A stretch of DNA of 61,075 bases, counting the filler, from Diploschistes diacapsis (taxonomy: Eukaryota): the NCBI GenBank assembly GCA_023645945.1. It is 10 parts of 10 records of this genome, joined end to end, with 100 filler letters (N's around TTAATTAATTAA, not from the genome) between each part and the next. Parts side by side here need not be neighbours in the genome. Positions count along the whole stretch, not along the records: positions 38,016 to 41,777 come from JALAIB010001856.1; positions 41,878 to 45,639 come from JALAIB010001857.1; positions 45,740 to 49,501 come from JALAIB010001858.1; positions 49,602 to 53,362 come from JALAIB010001859.1; 6 more parts are not named here. One strand, written 5' to 3'. This document shows positions 38,850 through 52,385 of the stretch, one piece after another. Below the pieces are notes generated by a model. That model was not told the origin of the DNA, ran no database searches, and worked only from the letters and a program-made list of their open reading frames with translations. A program made the translations under genes and the position numbers. The first letter of the stretch is position 1, and each line of letters begins with the position of its first letter.

Positions 38850-40716
38850 ATGTCGATTGTCCAACCGCAGCAGCCGCCAGGTACGTGCCCCCTCTGCCTT
38901 GGAAATGCAAGATCCCTTAACCTTGCTTTAATATCCACACAAATCGTCATATTTGAAACCCCCAGCCCAACAGGTTTTCCCCCTTTCTGCTTCCTGGAAT
39001 GCGTCACAATTTGGGTCCAATTTCTGGCCTCGCGCTCAATTTCTTGGGCCATTGATCTTGGGCTAATCATCATTCTTCCTACTTTATAGGGAGGCGAGTG
39101 TCTCCAGGTCTGAATGTCGATTTACCTACCAACAACCCGTTTCGCAAAGGCCTCAATTCGCCCAGCCTGAATACTCCTCCCGCAAGACCGACAGCCACCA
39201 ATCCCTTCATCGATCAGTCGTACGAAACATCTGCCGCAATGCAGGCTCCGGCTTCTCCAGCGCGGCAGGCACGTCCAGCTGACGCAAAGTCGAGTGACAC
39301 TGAATTGTTACTTGTGAGTATTTGCTACGAAAGGCTTAGGAAGACTTGAAGTGACATGCGAATGCAGAGAGAATTCAGCATTAATGACAAGCCTACGCGC
39401 AATGGTATGTATTTGGCCGCCCTTTGCTTGATACGTTTGGCTAAATTGGGCATAGAAAACATTGCCCCCAGAAAATCTCACCGACCGGCCAGATCGCAAG
39501 AAGGACGGGACAGGAAGCCCGGCATGCATCCCTCTCGCGGTGACACGCTCGATATCTTCGCCGATCCTCCCGCTCGACGGCCAGCTGGGGGCCGGCCGCG
39601 TCGCAACTCGGACTCATCTGTCGCAGATCGTAATAGTAAGGCGATGGACCCTGAAGAAGAGAGGAGACGGCGGGAGCGTCGACACCGCGAACATGAACAC
39701 AAACACAAGGATAGCAAAGGAAGGCCGATTCCTGTTGCCGGCCCCAAAAAGCCGAGCAAGCGCCTCGACACGATCGACAAGTTGGACGTCACCAGCATCT
39801 TCGGTACCGGAGGTAGGTCGAGTACAAATAAGCCTTTCTCGCCATCCAAAAGCTAATCTACCCAGTCTTTCACCATGACGGTCCTTTCGATGCTTGCAAT
39901 CCCCATCGTAATCGCAAAGGGTCCAGCAAAGCGCCAATGGCAGCTTTTCCAAAGGACTCTGCAAACAATACCATGGGCGGCGCAGGACCCGTCAACAAAA
40001 ATATCGATCTTGCTCAGTACCACGGCCATCAACCTGACAGCTTTGCCGACTTTAGCGTCGCTGCAGGCAACAATGAAACGCGACCGTACGTGGATCCCGG
40101 TATGGCTCCCGGCATGCCCACGGGCTACCGAGGCGACGCTCGACCGGGCGCGGACCGCATAAGCGCCTTCAACGCAACCGCAAAGATCGACCCGGTACAT
40201 GGCGACGAGAGTCTGGGACTCGGAACCTCAACTTTCTTGGAGGGCGCACCAGCCGCTCGCGCCGTAATCGAGCGTCGAGGGAGCGAAGAAGATGCGGCCG
40301 CAGGGGCTGGATTGTCGCGGAAGAGATCGCTCGCTCAGAGATTCCGAGGCGGGAGCACGTCCAGACAACGCCCGACCGGTGAGATGAACACGTCCCCCGT
40401 TCCCAAATGGGAGCGTACCACCAGCCCCGACGGCGTCCAGAGCGCAGGCGGGCTGCCGAAGATCAACGCGAAGAACCCGTTCTTCCAGAACTACGACAGG
40501 GAGTACGATAGGAAGGGGGAGGGTATAAAAGTTGCACAGAAAGAGCGGAGTGACTCCGACTACGACAGTGCGGCGAGGCCCATGCACCAGCTCAAACGGA
40601 CAGCGACCGAGGGCTCGGCCACCAACGACAACGAATGGGGGAAGAACGGAGGCGGGTTCTTGAGCAGGGTGAAGAGTTTGAGGAAGAACAAGCCCAGGCC
40701 AGATGTACGTCAGTAA
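38850..40716 (+). CDS. pal1: Pal1-family cell morphology protein
   Basis: NNPFR, RPRRNSDSS, LDTIDKLDVTSIFGTG|VFHHDGPFDACNPHRN, AFPKDSANN, VHGDESLGLGTSTFLEGAPA, FLSRVKSL. Confidence 0.9.
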
Positions 40717-41701
40717 GGGGGTTGTTTTTGATGGGGCTGGAGGGGCCAGTCGCGGCAGGAAATTGGGTAGATGCATCCTGGTCCAGACATCCGCAGCTCT
40801 GCATAGTGGCTTGCGGAGCACATCGTCTTCTATCGTCATTCGTTCAGCAACAGTCGTGATACGGACAGGGAAGGTTTTTGCAAGCCTCAACCCGGACCGG
40901 TTAGCATTTCTATGTGCAGTTTTTGATGCGTTTTCGACTTGGGTAGATTGACTGCAAGCGAACCGCGTATAGCGTATACGTTGTCTGGGTGTAGGTCTAG
41001 GCTGAGAATGAATAGGAGATTATCATTATTGACAAGCGTGTGGTTTCCCATCTCTGTTTAGTCGTGAATCAAGTTGTTAGGATATTCAGATCCATCCGGA
41101 CAGTCCACTAAAAACAACCTTTTGATGGCCCTTGCAATTGTAATGACCATGCAACTGCCCACCCCCCACATGCGTAGGTTAACGGGGAAGATTCCAACCG
41201 ACAAGTCAAATGCATGCTTTCGTGCTGGATAGGGCTTGTGCACTCATGCTCTCTCTTCGAGTTACAATCGAGCCTTCCCTTTTTTTTTATACAATTGCAA
41301 GGTCGCTCAGCTCCCGCTGGTTCTTCAAATCCTCCAACTAACATTCGCTTCCCCTTACAGCCCTTTCTAACAAGCAGCCATCAATCACGTCTCTACCAAC
41401 TACACATTCCCACAAACAGCCATCCACCACCTCGCCACTCCCAAACATTCCACCCCACGCCCCCCTCTCCTTTCCCTTTGCTTTTCGTACCTCACCATTC
41501 CACCCCATCCTTCTATCAAGGGATCCCACCATCTACCCCCAACCCCTCTCCTGGCACCTCCACACCCGCCACCTCCTGCCCTTCCAAAAAAATATCCGGC
41601 CCAAATCTCCCTATATCCCAAAACCAGCCAAACCACACCGCAACACCAAGTCCGACCCTCGAGCACGACCTCCATCCAATCCCACAATCGGATCTTCCAC
41701 C

Positions 41702-41777
41702 ATGGCCCGCGGAGTAAAGGACGCGCGGGATATTCCTCACTCCAAACCGTCCGCGGGCGGCGGCGGCGGCGGCGAGG
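41702..41777 (+). CDS. Possible start of a gene truncated by contig end (MARGVKDARDIPHSKPSAGGGG...)
   Basis: Strong CACCATGG context after a C-rich leader; open to the gap. Confidence 0.3.
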
Positions 41778-42447
41778 NNNNNNNNNNNNNNNNNNNNNNN
41801 NNNNNNNNNNNNNNNNNNNNNTTAATTAATTAANNNNNNNNNNNNNNNNNNNNNNNNNNNNNNNNNNNNNNNNNNNNATTTATATTTATATTTATATTTA
41901 ATACGGACCAGAAGGATTCAAAATTGTGGTATAATACGAAGGTTGTGAACACCCCAGTTGCTAGCGGTAGTGGAGAGTATGCATGTGCGGGGTAGTGCAA
42001 CATAGTGCAACACCACCCACCACCAGCAGGTTGCTTGGCAGATTGAAGATGAGCTGCTGTTACTACCCCCTGCGCCACACCTTCCCTTTTGAGCCAGCTT
42101 TTGCCTGCTTTTGGCACTAGGAAGATTTTGCACTCCACTAGCGGGTACTATGACAACATCGACAACAACTTGGCCCCGTGTTGCAGTGATGAAGTAGAGA
42201 AGTAGAGAAGCAGAGCTTAAATTTCTGGCTGTAATAAAATCCCCCTAAAAGAACTGCCTTTCTCTATCCCCAAACAACATCATTCAACGCCTTTCTTTCC
42301 TGGAGCTCGTGCATGCGTAGTACGTACTACGTACGTATTTGCAGTATTTGCGAAGCTTCTGCATTCCTCTGCTCTTTTCCGGACTCGTTAGCTCGTGTCC
42401 GCCTGTTGATTTACTGAGCTTCTCCACCTGCCACAATACACATCACC

Positions 42448-45233
42448 ATGTTGCTCCCATCCATAGCGCTATTGATGGGCGTTGGCGCAACGGTCAACGC
42501 CCAAAGTACTAGTGCAATAGGTCAGGGTGCGAACCCTTCTGGCGTGCCGGTAAGCCCTCCCGCTCACTTTCGCCCCCTCGTTTTTCGAGGGAACGTGAAA
42601 CGGCTCTGACTCTGCATCAGTATCCCGATACGGTATATCCAGGTGCTCAATCGCCAAATCCAATAGTCGCGGCTGGAGCTCAGGAGAATGAATCTTCGCC
42701 TGCATTCTATCCTTCACCATGGGGCGAGGGAAGTGGGAGCTGGGCCGATGCCTACTCCAAGGCAAAGGCCTTCGTCAGCCAGCTCACCCTTCTGGAGAAG
42801 GTCAACCTGACGACTGGTGTTGGGTAAGTCCAAAATCCGGTTCGTCATTTGTCGGTCGAATCGCTAACGAACATTAGGTGGGAAGGCGAACGCTGCGTGG
42901 GACAGAATGGCGCCATCCCTAGGCTTGGTTTCCGAAGCATGTGCATGCAAGACTCTCCCCTTGGTGTCCGCGATACCGACTTCAACACGGCCTTCCCCGC
43001 CGGCGTCAATGTCGCGGCGACGTGGTCCCGAGGTCTCGCACGGGCTCGTGGTGCGGCAATGGGAGCTGAACATGCCGGCAAGGGCAGCGATGTTCAGCTC
43101 GGTCCCGTCAGCGGCCCTCTTGGCCGAGCTCCAGAAGGAGGGAGGAACTGGGAAGGATTCAGCCCGGACCCGGTGCTATCGGGCGTCATGATGGCAGAAT
43201 CGGTCACCGGCATTCAAAGCGCGGGCGTCATTGCCTGCTCCAAGCACTATATTGGCTACGAACAGGAACACTTCCGAAACGCACCTCAGTCGCCCTTCGA
43301 CATCACCCAAAGTTACAGCTCGAACATCGACGATGTTACCATGCACGAGCTTTATTTGTGGCCCTTCGCCGATGCCGTCCGCGCCGGCACTGGCTCCATC
43401 ATGTGCTCGTACAACCAAGTCAACAACAGCTACGCCTGCGAAAACAGCGCATTGCTGAACCAACTCCTGAAGGCCGAGCTTGGCTTCCAGGGCTTTGTCA
43501 TGAGCGATTGGTCGGGCCAGCACTCCGGCGTGGGTTCCATCCTGGCCGGACTCGACATGACGATGCCGGGCGATGTCGGCTTCGACTCGGGAACCTCTTA
43601 CTGGGGCCCCAATCTGACAATTGCTGTCCTCAACGGTACCGTGCCCCAATGGCGCCTGGACGACGCTGCTGTCCGGATCATCGCCGCGTGGTATTATGTT
43701 GGGCGTGATAGCACCCAGGTCCCGATCAACTTCGACTCCTGGACGCTAGAGACTTTCGGCTACCAACACTTTGTTGCACAGGAAGGTTACGGCCTGATCA
43801 ACGAGCACGTCGATGTGCGGGCCGAGCACGCAAACGTCGTCCGCCAAATCGGCGCCGCAAGCACCGTTCTGCTCAAAAACGTCAACAATGCTTTGCCGCT
43901 GACCGGAAGGGAAAAACTCACGGCCGTCTTTGGCGAGGATGCGGGTCCCAACCCGGCAGGGCCCAACGGGTGCCCCGATAGAGGCTGCGACAACGGTACC
44001 CTTGCCATGGGCTGGGGAAGCGGAACTGCGAATTTCCCTTACCTCGTCACCCCCGACATGGCCATCCAAAACGAAGTCGTCGGTCTAGGCGGCGCCTACG
44101 AATCGATCTTCGACAACTACGCCACCACTCCGATCCAAGCTCTAGCATCGCGTGCCAGCGTAGCCATGGTGTTTGTCAACGCCGACGCCGGTGAAGGGTA
44201 TATTGCTGTCGACAACAACGTCGGCGACCGAAACAATCTTACTTTCTGGAAGGACGGGGACATGCTTGTCCAGACCGTTAGCGCACAGTGCAACAACACC
44301 GTCCTAGTCATTCACTCCGTCGGCGCCGTCAATCTAGAGGCATACAAGAACAACCCCAACATCACTGCTATCGTCTGGGCGGGCCTTCCCGGCGAGCAGT
44401 CCGGCAATTCCCTCGCGGATGTCATCTACGGCAGAGTCAACCCTGGTGCCAAGCTCCCGTTCTCGATCGCTGCCAACCGTTCGGATTACGGAACCGACCT
44501 GCTCTACGTACCGAACGCAGAGATCCCCCAGATCCAATTCACGGAAGGCAACTTCATTGACTACCGGCGCCTCGACCGCGCAGGAATCGCTCCCACGTAC
44601 GAGTTTGGTTTCGGCTTGAGTTACACCACCTTCAACTATTCCAACATCCAGATCACCAAACACAGCACGGGCAACTACAGCGCAACCACCGGCTCTACTC
44701 CTCCCGCGCCCAAGTACGGTACCATCAGCAACGTCACCTCAGACTACCTCTTCCCCACCGGCTTCGCCAAGGTCAAGTACTATATCTACCCCAACATCAA
44801 CAGCACCGACCTCAAGGCCTCTTCCGGAGACCCGGAGTACGGGGTAGACGCGCCCTTGCCGCCTGGCGCCCAGAGCGCCGCTCCTCAGCGCCGTCTGCCC
44901 GCGAGCGGACCCTCGGGCGGCAACCCGGAGCTCTACGATGTCCTGTGCACCGTGACCGCCACCATCACCAACACCGGCCCAATCACGGGCGAGGAAGTGC
45001 CTCAGCTATACGTTTCGCTCGGCGGCCCGTACGACCCGAAGGTCGTGCTCAGGGGGTTCGATCGTCTCTCGATCCCGTCCGGCGCTTCCGCCACCTTCAC
45101 CGCCGACCTAACCCGCCGCGATCTGTCCAACTGGGACACGGCGACGCAGAACTGGGTGATCAGCAACTACACCAAGACTGCGTACGTTGGTAGCTCGAGC
45201 AGGACGCTGCCGCTCAGTGCGACTATCATGTAG
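42448..45233 (+). CDS. Secreted GH3 beta-glucosidase (BglA/BglF-like)
   Basis: Signal peptide, [71 protein letters not shown], FnIII-like end; 2 introns. Confidence 0.97.
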
Positions 45234-46514
45234 ATTGGCGGGGGATATTCCGGGTCAGGAGTTGCAAAGAAAAGCGTGCATTCCCGCGTGATCAGCGACG
45301 ATGAATGAAGTTGAGGGGTTGAGACTGCAAAAACGGAACGATACCTTACACTCCCTATCTGCTGCTGTTGTTTGTTGTCGCAGTGTCGGTCCTTTGCAGC
45401 GGAGAGGATAGATACATTGGTACATTAGTGTCCTGTCGGCAGGGGGAGAGTTTCGTGTACATAGGATAATAAATAAATAGTAATCCCCAAAACAGGGAGG
45501 CGAACGTGCGTCAGCGTGATGGTGAAGCACTCGGGATGTATATATATGTACCAAGAAGTTGTCAGCCGGGGCGTTGGCCGGATCGGGTACGTCTTGATAG
45601 AAGAAGGATGTGGTAACGAAGCTTGCTTCGCTCTACAACNNNNNNNNNNNNNNNNNNNNNNNNNNNNNNNNNNNNNNNNNNNNTTAATTAATTAANNNNN
45701 NNNNNNNNNNNNNNNNNNNNNNNNNNNNNNNNNNNNNNNCTGGTATACTACAGTATATGAAAAAAAAAAAAAAAAAAAAAAATTTTTTAACTCATACCAC
45801 CAGGTTGTAATTCAAATGAGGCTTGGAACAGGATCACGGCAGTGGCTTACTGGGGCATTCTCACTCCAGCAAACACCCAAATGGCTCTCTTACAGAACAT
45901 TAAGTGAATTTGTCCGTGGTCGATGCTTGATAGCATTATAGCATGATGAAATGGCGCTTGAGAATGCTCGTAACTACTGTTCAGAAGTACATGGAGCGCT
46001 CCCGACTACACTGTGCCCATACTTTTTTTTGGGGGGGCCAGCTCACAGCGAGAACGCCAAATGCTTCTCTGGAGGGAAGATGGCAAGCAAGGCCTCAGCA
46101 GAAAGTACCACGACCTTACTGGCTGCTTCCATGCTCTGCCGGCGGCGGTGTGACGCCGAAGCAGAGATTTCAGTTCGGTGGGGACATGTGCAGCTTGAAA
46201 TGAGACATTCTCGGCCGAAACAAAGAAAGGTGCAGCAGTCAAGACAGCATCAAGGGAAAAAAAAAGGCACGGCCATAGTTGCAACGGGGGGGTTGCCCCA
46301 TCTCCTCTGCATTGGGGGAAGCAAAGCATTGTCCAAGTTTTCTTCCAACCAGGGCCTCTGAGCCCCTTCCACTTTCTTCCAGATGCGAGGGATCAACAGG
46401 GTTACGCGGGTAGCATGTCACGGTGACATACAATAATAAAAACCAACGGCTTTCTGGCCACGTGTTTGACGGGTTTTTTTTCCGTCACATGGTTGTGTCA
46501 CATCCGGAAGATCC

Positions 46515-46640
46515 GGGATGGGATGGGATGGGATGGGACTCGGAGCTGGTGCAGTGCTTTGTTTCTTCAAATCTTCTCCTTTTTCCTTTTCCTTTTCCTT
46601 GTCCTTGTCCTTGGCCTTGGCCTTGGCCTTGGCCTTGGGA
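46515..46640 (+). repeat. Compound microsatellite: (GGGAT)4 and graded hexamer array (TTTTCC)3(TTGTCC)2(TTGGCC)4
   Basis: Read directly from sequence. Confidence 0.95.
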
Positions 46641-47884
46641 ATGGGGGGGCGTTGGTGGTATCGAAGCTCAGTAGATACGAGGGCGCTTGGGCCTTTGTTT
46701 TCCAAACCTTGGAGAATCCCGTGGGATGAGTTGGAATGAAGCGTAGGACTCACGTGCCTTGAAGTTGTGAAATTTTCTAATAAGACCTGCATTGCAGCCT
46801 CCATCCATCTGCACTGAAACGCCAGCATGTCCTGTACCTTGAGGCCGTACCTTGAGGCCATACCACACACCACCTTCATTCACCTTCACCTTCACCTTCA
46901 TCTTCACACCTTTATTTCCGCGCCTTTGGCCTCCGCATCTCTATCTTCCCATCTTCGCCTTTGCATGTTTACTTTTCGCACTTTTATAACGTGTCATTTT
47001 CGTACCTCCGTGTCTCCTCGCACCTTTGCACTCGTATTTTCTTTTCTTTTCTTTCCTCCCGTAACAAGTCCAATGCATGTGCGCACGTGATTTTGAACAA
47101 CAATCTTGAAAGCTCACACACCATCTGCCTACAATGAGCCTTTAATCAACCCGCCCTAACAAAGGCAGAAGATGTGAGAATATGATAAAGAACCTATGAC
47201 GACGTATTATTATGGAAAGCTCCAATGCTCCAGAGAGCTCCCCGCCCAATGTGCATTATGAGTTTCTCGTAGAGGGCTGCAAAGAGCCTTTGTGCCTGCC
47301 CTTTGTTCAAGCCGTGCTGCTGCTGGTCAGACGTGATTGCTTGCCACAAGCCCCCAGCCAGCGCCTACCACCTACATACCACCGTGAAAGAAGGCTGATC
47401 GCTCACGCTCACGTAAGACTGTGCCTGTGCCGGTAAGATCGCCAGTGTTCCGGGACGCCCTCCTGAAAGGCCTTGAGGTCAATGCCAGTAGTTATGAGGC
47501 GACGCTCAGCAAAACAATCCCGCTTCATAACCTCTACGCATCTTTTTTTCCAGCCACCAGCGGCCTGTGGAAAAAAAAAAAAAGACCGATTTGGTTCACA
47601 ATGCTCCAATCGAATTCGGGGAAATAAGGCTCCGGCTGTTTCTGCCGGGATTGGCGCGAGGTGGAGGATACGATCAATCATCGCAGAACTCAAATGATTT
47701 GATTAATTAATAGAACCTCCAGAGTCACCGCTTGATATCAAGACTAGATTTCGGTAGAGCTGGCAACACGTTGGCTCAAGTCTTTAAGAACTCCATGCGC
47801 GGTGGTGGGCAGGCTTTGAAGATATGGATAATTAGACGGACGGAGAAGGAAAGACGGCCCGGAACACTGACTTCCTCCATCGCT

Positions 47885-48698
47885 TCACCGCGGACGGGTC
47901 GTTTCGTGATATGCTTCGCAGCCCAACGCTTCGAGCTCGGTCTCGGGCTCCTGTGCTCTGCCCGAATGTTTTCTCTTGATATGTCGCGAGACCGACTCTT
48001 TTCGAGTGAACCTTTTGTTGCACTCCGAAACGGTGCAGAAATGCTCGGCTTTGCGGTGGCATTCCTTCCTGTGTCGCGAGAGCGATTCCTTCCAGCCGAA
48101 AGTGGAGCTGCACTCGGAGCAGCAGCGCCTCTTCGGCAGAGCCACTGCTTCCTGCGCACTGCCGCCCGGAGAGGCCTCCTCGGGTCTGTCTTGTTGAACT
48201 GTGGCACGAATGTTCGGGGGTACTTCGGGCGAGTTTGGGTCGCCAACGATCTCGTCGGTATTGGGAGAGATGCCGCTTTGATGTGCCGTTGGCTGCCAAA
48301 ACTCCTCTCCAGAATTGATGGCACCAAGAATGCACTGGACGAATGGTCAGCCCCGACTCATCTGATCATAGCATGAAGCACTTGCCTCATATGACGCCCA
48401 GGGTTCTTGCCAATCGAAAGAGTAGGTCGAATCCATGGATGCATAAGCCATGCCGTCAGAGGCTCCATCTGCGGCCTGTCCCGCCACCGGCTCAAGCGGC
48501 CATTGTGTCTCAGCCGCAGCTTGTCGCCGGTGAAGGAAGGGGGGCATAGGACCATGCCTTGACCCAAGGGTTTCCTGTTGTTCGCTCACATTCTCGTAAT
48601 CGGCCGGTCGACTCCTGGACATCTGTCAGCATACTGGTCTCACATCGATAGGGTTCGGCAGAGAATGGGGCCCTGAAAGAAGAGCGGACTCACGACAT
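47885..48698 (-). CDS. C2H2 zinc-finger protein (two C-terminal fingers)
   Basis: CSECSSTFGWKESLSRHRKECH..FCTVSECNKRFTRKESVSRHIKRKH; joined in frame to upstream exons via a GC-AG intron (48335-48385) and a GT-AG intron after ATG TC. Confidence 0.7.
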
Positions 48699-49613
48699 AG
48701 CCCCAGCAGAAAGTCGCGCTTCAAGTCAACGGGCCGTCACAGAGAAGAATTGTATGGTTCGACTTCGGAAGACTTGGCACTACAAAAACACTTGGAAGAT
48801 TGGGAGCGAGAAAACAGCTCTGGGAATTTCGAGCATTTATAGATGTTTCATTCCATCTTCGCAGCAGCAGCAGCAGCGGTGACAGCTAATGTGGTGTGTT
48901 CGCATTCCACGCCGAGTTATCTGGCCCCAGGTTCATGATGTGGTCCCATGTTCCCTCGCTGAGTACTTGGCCCTTGGTTCCGGGAAATTGCGGTGCAGAC
49001 GCTGCAAAATCCGACGAGCTATCCTTCAGAGGCTCTCCATGCAAAGTAGACATGGCGCCAGTGGTTAATCAGGGGGAAGTGCATTCTGGAGCCCTTCAAA
49101 ACCGTTCCCCGTAGACACACTGCCGGAGAGCAGAAAGCTATTGTGCGGGCCTGTGGCGCTGCTAGCCGCGTTTGTTTTTTTTCGAGTCTGAATCGGGAGT
49201 TTGAAACTTGCCAGTTTGGAGTCCTTAGAGTAGCTTTCGTCATACTGCTTGCTACCCGTACCGAGCGGTGGCCATACCCAGTTAGACACAGGCTCATCTT
49301 GCTACTTGGCGCCAACGCCCGATTAACATGAACTTAACAGTTTGCCTGTGCTTTTGACTCGGGTACATAAAAAAAAAATATATTTCTATCTTAGCAACTT
49401 AAACCCTCGCTTCAGCAATACTGGCCTTTTTTTTTGCTTCGTGTTGCGGAGATGAAGGCCAATCCGAGCCTGCAGCCCGCCTGCTGCGGCTGGCTGATCA
49501 CNNNNNNNNNNNNNNNNNNNNNNNNNNNNNNNNNNNNNNNNNNNNTTAATTAATTAANNNNNNNNNNNNNNNNNNNNNNNNNNNNNNNNNNNNNNNNNNN
49601 NCCCCCCCCCACC

Positions 49614-52385
49614 TCATTCCACGCTGTCCTCCATCTCGTGCTTCTCTGCAGCAGCCTCTCCGTTTCCGGCCGCCCCTCGCCGCGCTCCTTCTTCCGCAGG
49701 CGGGTTTGCCAGCATCTCCTGAATCCACGCCTGCTCTACCGCCATCTTGCGGCGAAACACCCTGAGCCATCTTCTGCCCCATGCTCGCAGGAGCCCTTCG
49801 CCTTCCTCGTCCTGGTCTGCACTCTCCGCCATTGCATCGGCGCTTCCTTCGGCGATGCCTCTGAGAGCATCCTCCATCACCGTGAACAGCTCGACCATCT
49901 GTGCGCGCTCCTTCTCCAGCGTCCCGTCCAGCAGCGCCGCCTGGGTAGCGGGCAGACCCGCCTGGTTGCGGGTGTTGACGATTTGGCGTACACGATTCGT
50001 GACCTTGTATGTCGTGCTCGCGATCATCTCGTAAATGTGAGCGCGCGTCAGAACCTTGCCTCTGTCCAGCTGGTCGACCAGCGCCCACTCGATCACCGCC
50101 ATTGGTGTCAGGATGGTATAGTTCAGCAACTTGTCCACGATGTTGACACCCACGCCGGGCTTTTCGGCCCAGTACCCCATCACGCTTCCAACCATCTGCC
50201 GCCTCGCTGCTGGGCTTGCCGGACCGATTGCCAGCAGCCGCTCTTTGGAGCGCTCAATGTAGCTGAGCGTGTGAGATAACGATTTGGAACCGGCAAAGCA
50301 GACCGCGGTGACGAAAGCGTCTGTGGATGGCAGGAGGGGGTCGACTACCCCATGCTCGGTTGCGAGGTCGTGGATCTTGTCGATCTGCTCCTGGATATCG
50401 CTGTCCGGGGCTTTCGTCCTTATCAAACGTAGTATTTCACGACCTTGCTCGGCGTACGGTGTCCCTTGGAGAGAATGGTCGTTAGAACACGCGTGAGCCC
50501 AAATGGCAGCAGACATGACTTACTCTCGTCAGCGTACTTGAAAGCGGGCGCCTCGTCCTCTCCAGAAGCTGGAAGAAGTCGTTGGTAGGGCTCCGGTAAA
50601 GTACCACGGATCCGCTGAACCACGCTGAGGCGAACCTCCTTCTCCAGGGCTCCTACGATGAAGGCTTTGTGGGGGTTTGCGTTCGGCAACTCCACATCAT
50701 CAACCCTGTTCACAGTGAGTGCGGGGGGCCTAGCGGTAGCACTTCAGGAAGCTAACCATTCAACCCATTTCCAGGTGAAGCCAAAATTGCTGAGGTGATG
50801 AGAGAACCAGTCCAGGAAACGGTATTGAAGCTCTAGATCCATAGACTCTAGGTTCTTGTACAAGTAACGAATGGCGCGTCCGAGACTGGGCGCTATGGCA
50901 GCAGGAGCAATCTTGCAGGCTTCTGTCAGTACCGAATGGTAATAAACTAGCTTGTGCTCCGCTGCGGGCAACTGTAGTAGCTGCGAGAAGACCGCGTCGA
51001 CCACAACGTCCTCGGGCTTCCACGTTGACACGCCATCGGCCTGATCCTTGAGCTTGTCGAATGGCGTTGCGCGCTTGACGAAGGTTTCTGGTTCGAAGAA
51101 GCAGTCAACCTCGATCAAGAGTTTTGCAGCAGCATTGCGATTGAAGTCGAGGACATTGACCGTGTCCACAAGGACATCGCGAAGAATGCACGAGGCAATG
51201 TCGGATTCCGGCGGAACGGTCTCGATATCTTGATCGGCATAAACAGAGAAATAGACCTCGGGCAAGCGCGGTCTATGTTTCGACGTCACCGTGGAAGGCA
51301 CTTCGATGGCCGGCAAAGTATGCTTGGTTCCCGGTTCCTCGGACTCCTTTGCCGGCAGGGATCTCCAGGGACGGGGTATGCAGTTCAGCTTCCAGCCACT
51401 TTCACTTTCCTTCTGCAGCTGTCGCTGCAGGAGGCCGATCATGCTCAGAGGCTCGTGCGAGTTCAACTCATCGCCACCAGGGTAGGCGTCGACCAAATTG
51501 TCGAGAGTGTGGGGAGTTGAAGCAATGATGTCCGTTTTCTCTAGCAGATTCGTTGCTTGCGCCCCGAGCGTAGTGGCTGACGATCCCATGGCATAGGCTA
51601 TTGTTAGTTGAATGATTTTGACCAGCTCTAGACCGAGTCCCTGTGACCACGGTCAGATGATTCGAGGATAAAGGGGGGGCTCATATGACGGACATCTTCA
51701 CAGGATGCGGTTTGCAAGTCTGCTGCCCTCGCGAACAGTTCTTGCAGAATTGTGAACACGCCGTCCCCGTCCAGGAGCCCTTGCAGGACCGCGAGCAGCC
51801 GGAGATTTAGCTTTACTTCGCGCCATGCACCGTCTTGGAGGTGCTCTTGTGTCGCTACTGCCACGCGCTTGAGCAAGTCCTCTGTGAGGATCGGCTTGTC
51901 GCTGTTCGACGCTATAAATATCGATGCGATGAAAGGAATCTTGAACGGTTGCTCGTAGACACTCGTGGCTCGTTAGCCTCTGGCCATGTATGTCTGCCCC
52001 CGTTTACCTACAGTTGCAGCGCGAGGGAGAGGAAAGCTTCTCGAATATCCTCATCGTTATAGTTTTCGATCACGATTTTCGATATGCCCTGAACCTCGTC
52101 TTCCACCTTTCTCGAGGACTGCTCTCACGTCAAGTCAAGTTGCGATCTTACTTGAAAAAGTCTTACATTTTCAGCCAGGGTGAGTAGTTGCCTGCGAAGT
52201 TTGAAGATCAAGGGCTCCTCCTGCCGTCTTCGTTGCGGGCGTCGGTCAGATTCATCGTCGTCACCTAGGTGAGGCATCAACTACCATTGCTAAATACGAA
52301 GTCTCCTGCTGGTACCTCGATATCGGCGCTTGCGGTTCTGGAAGCCGCCTCTGTGGCTATTGTTCCTGCGATCAACATCGGCCAT
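49614..52385 (-). CDS. CBP80: Nuclear cap-binding complex large subunit (CBP80/NCBP1/Sto1)
   Basis: MADVDRR..NRKRRYR (NLS-like), EQPFKIPFIAS, HKLVYYHSVLTEACK, IAPSLGRAIR, RFLDWFSHHLSNFGFTWKW, GSKSLSH, IVDKLLNYTIL. Confidence 0.95.

Noticed and set aside
42316..42331. 16-bp palindrome CGTAGTACGTACTACG upstream of the beta-glucosidase
   Set aside because: Low-complexity TACG repeat with no known factor site
46418..46879. ORF encoding KAKAKAKAKDKDKEKEKEK
   Set aside because: Translation of the microsatellite; no other coding signal
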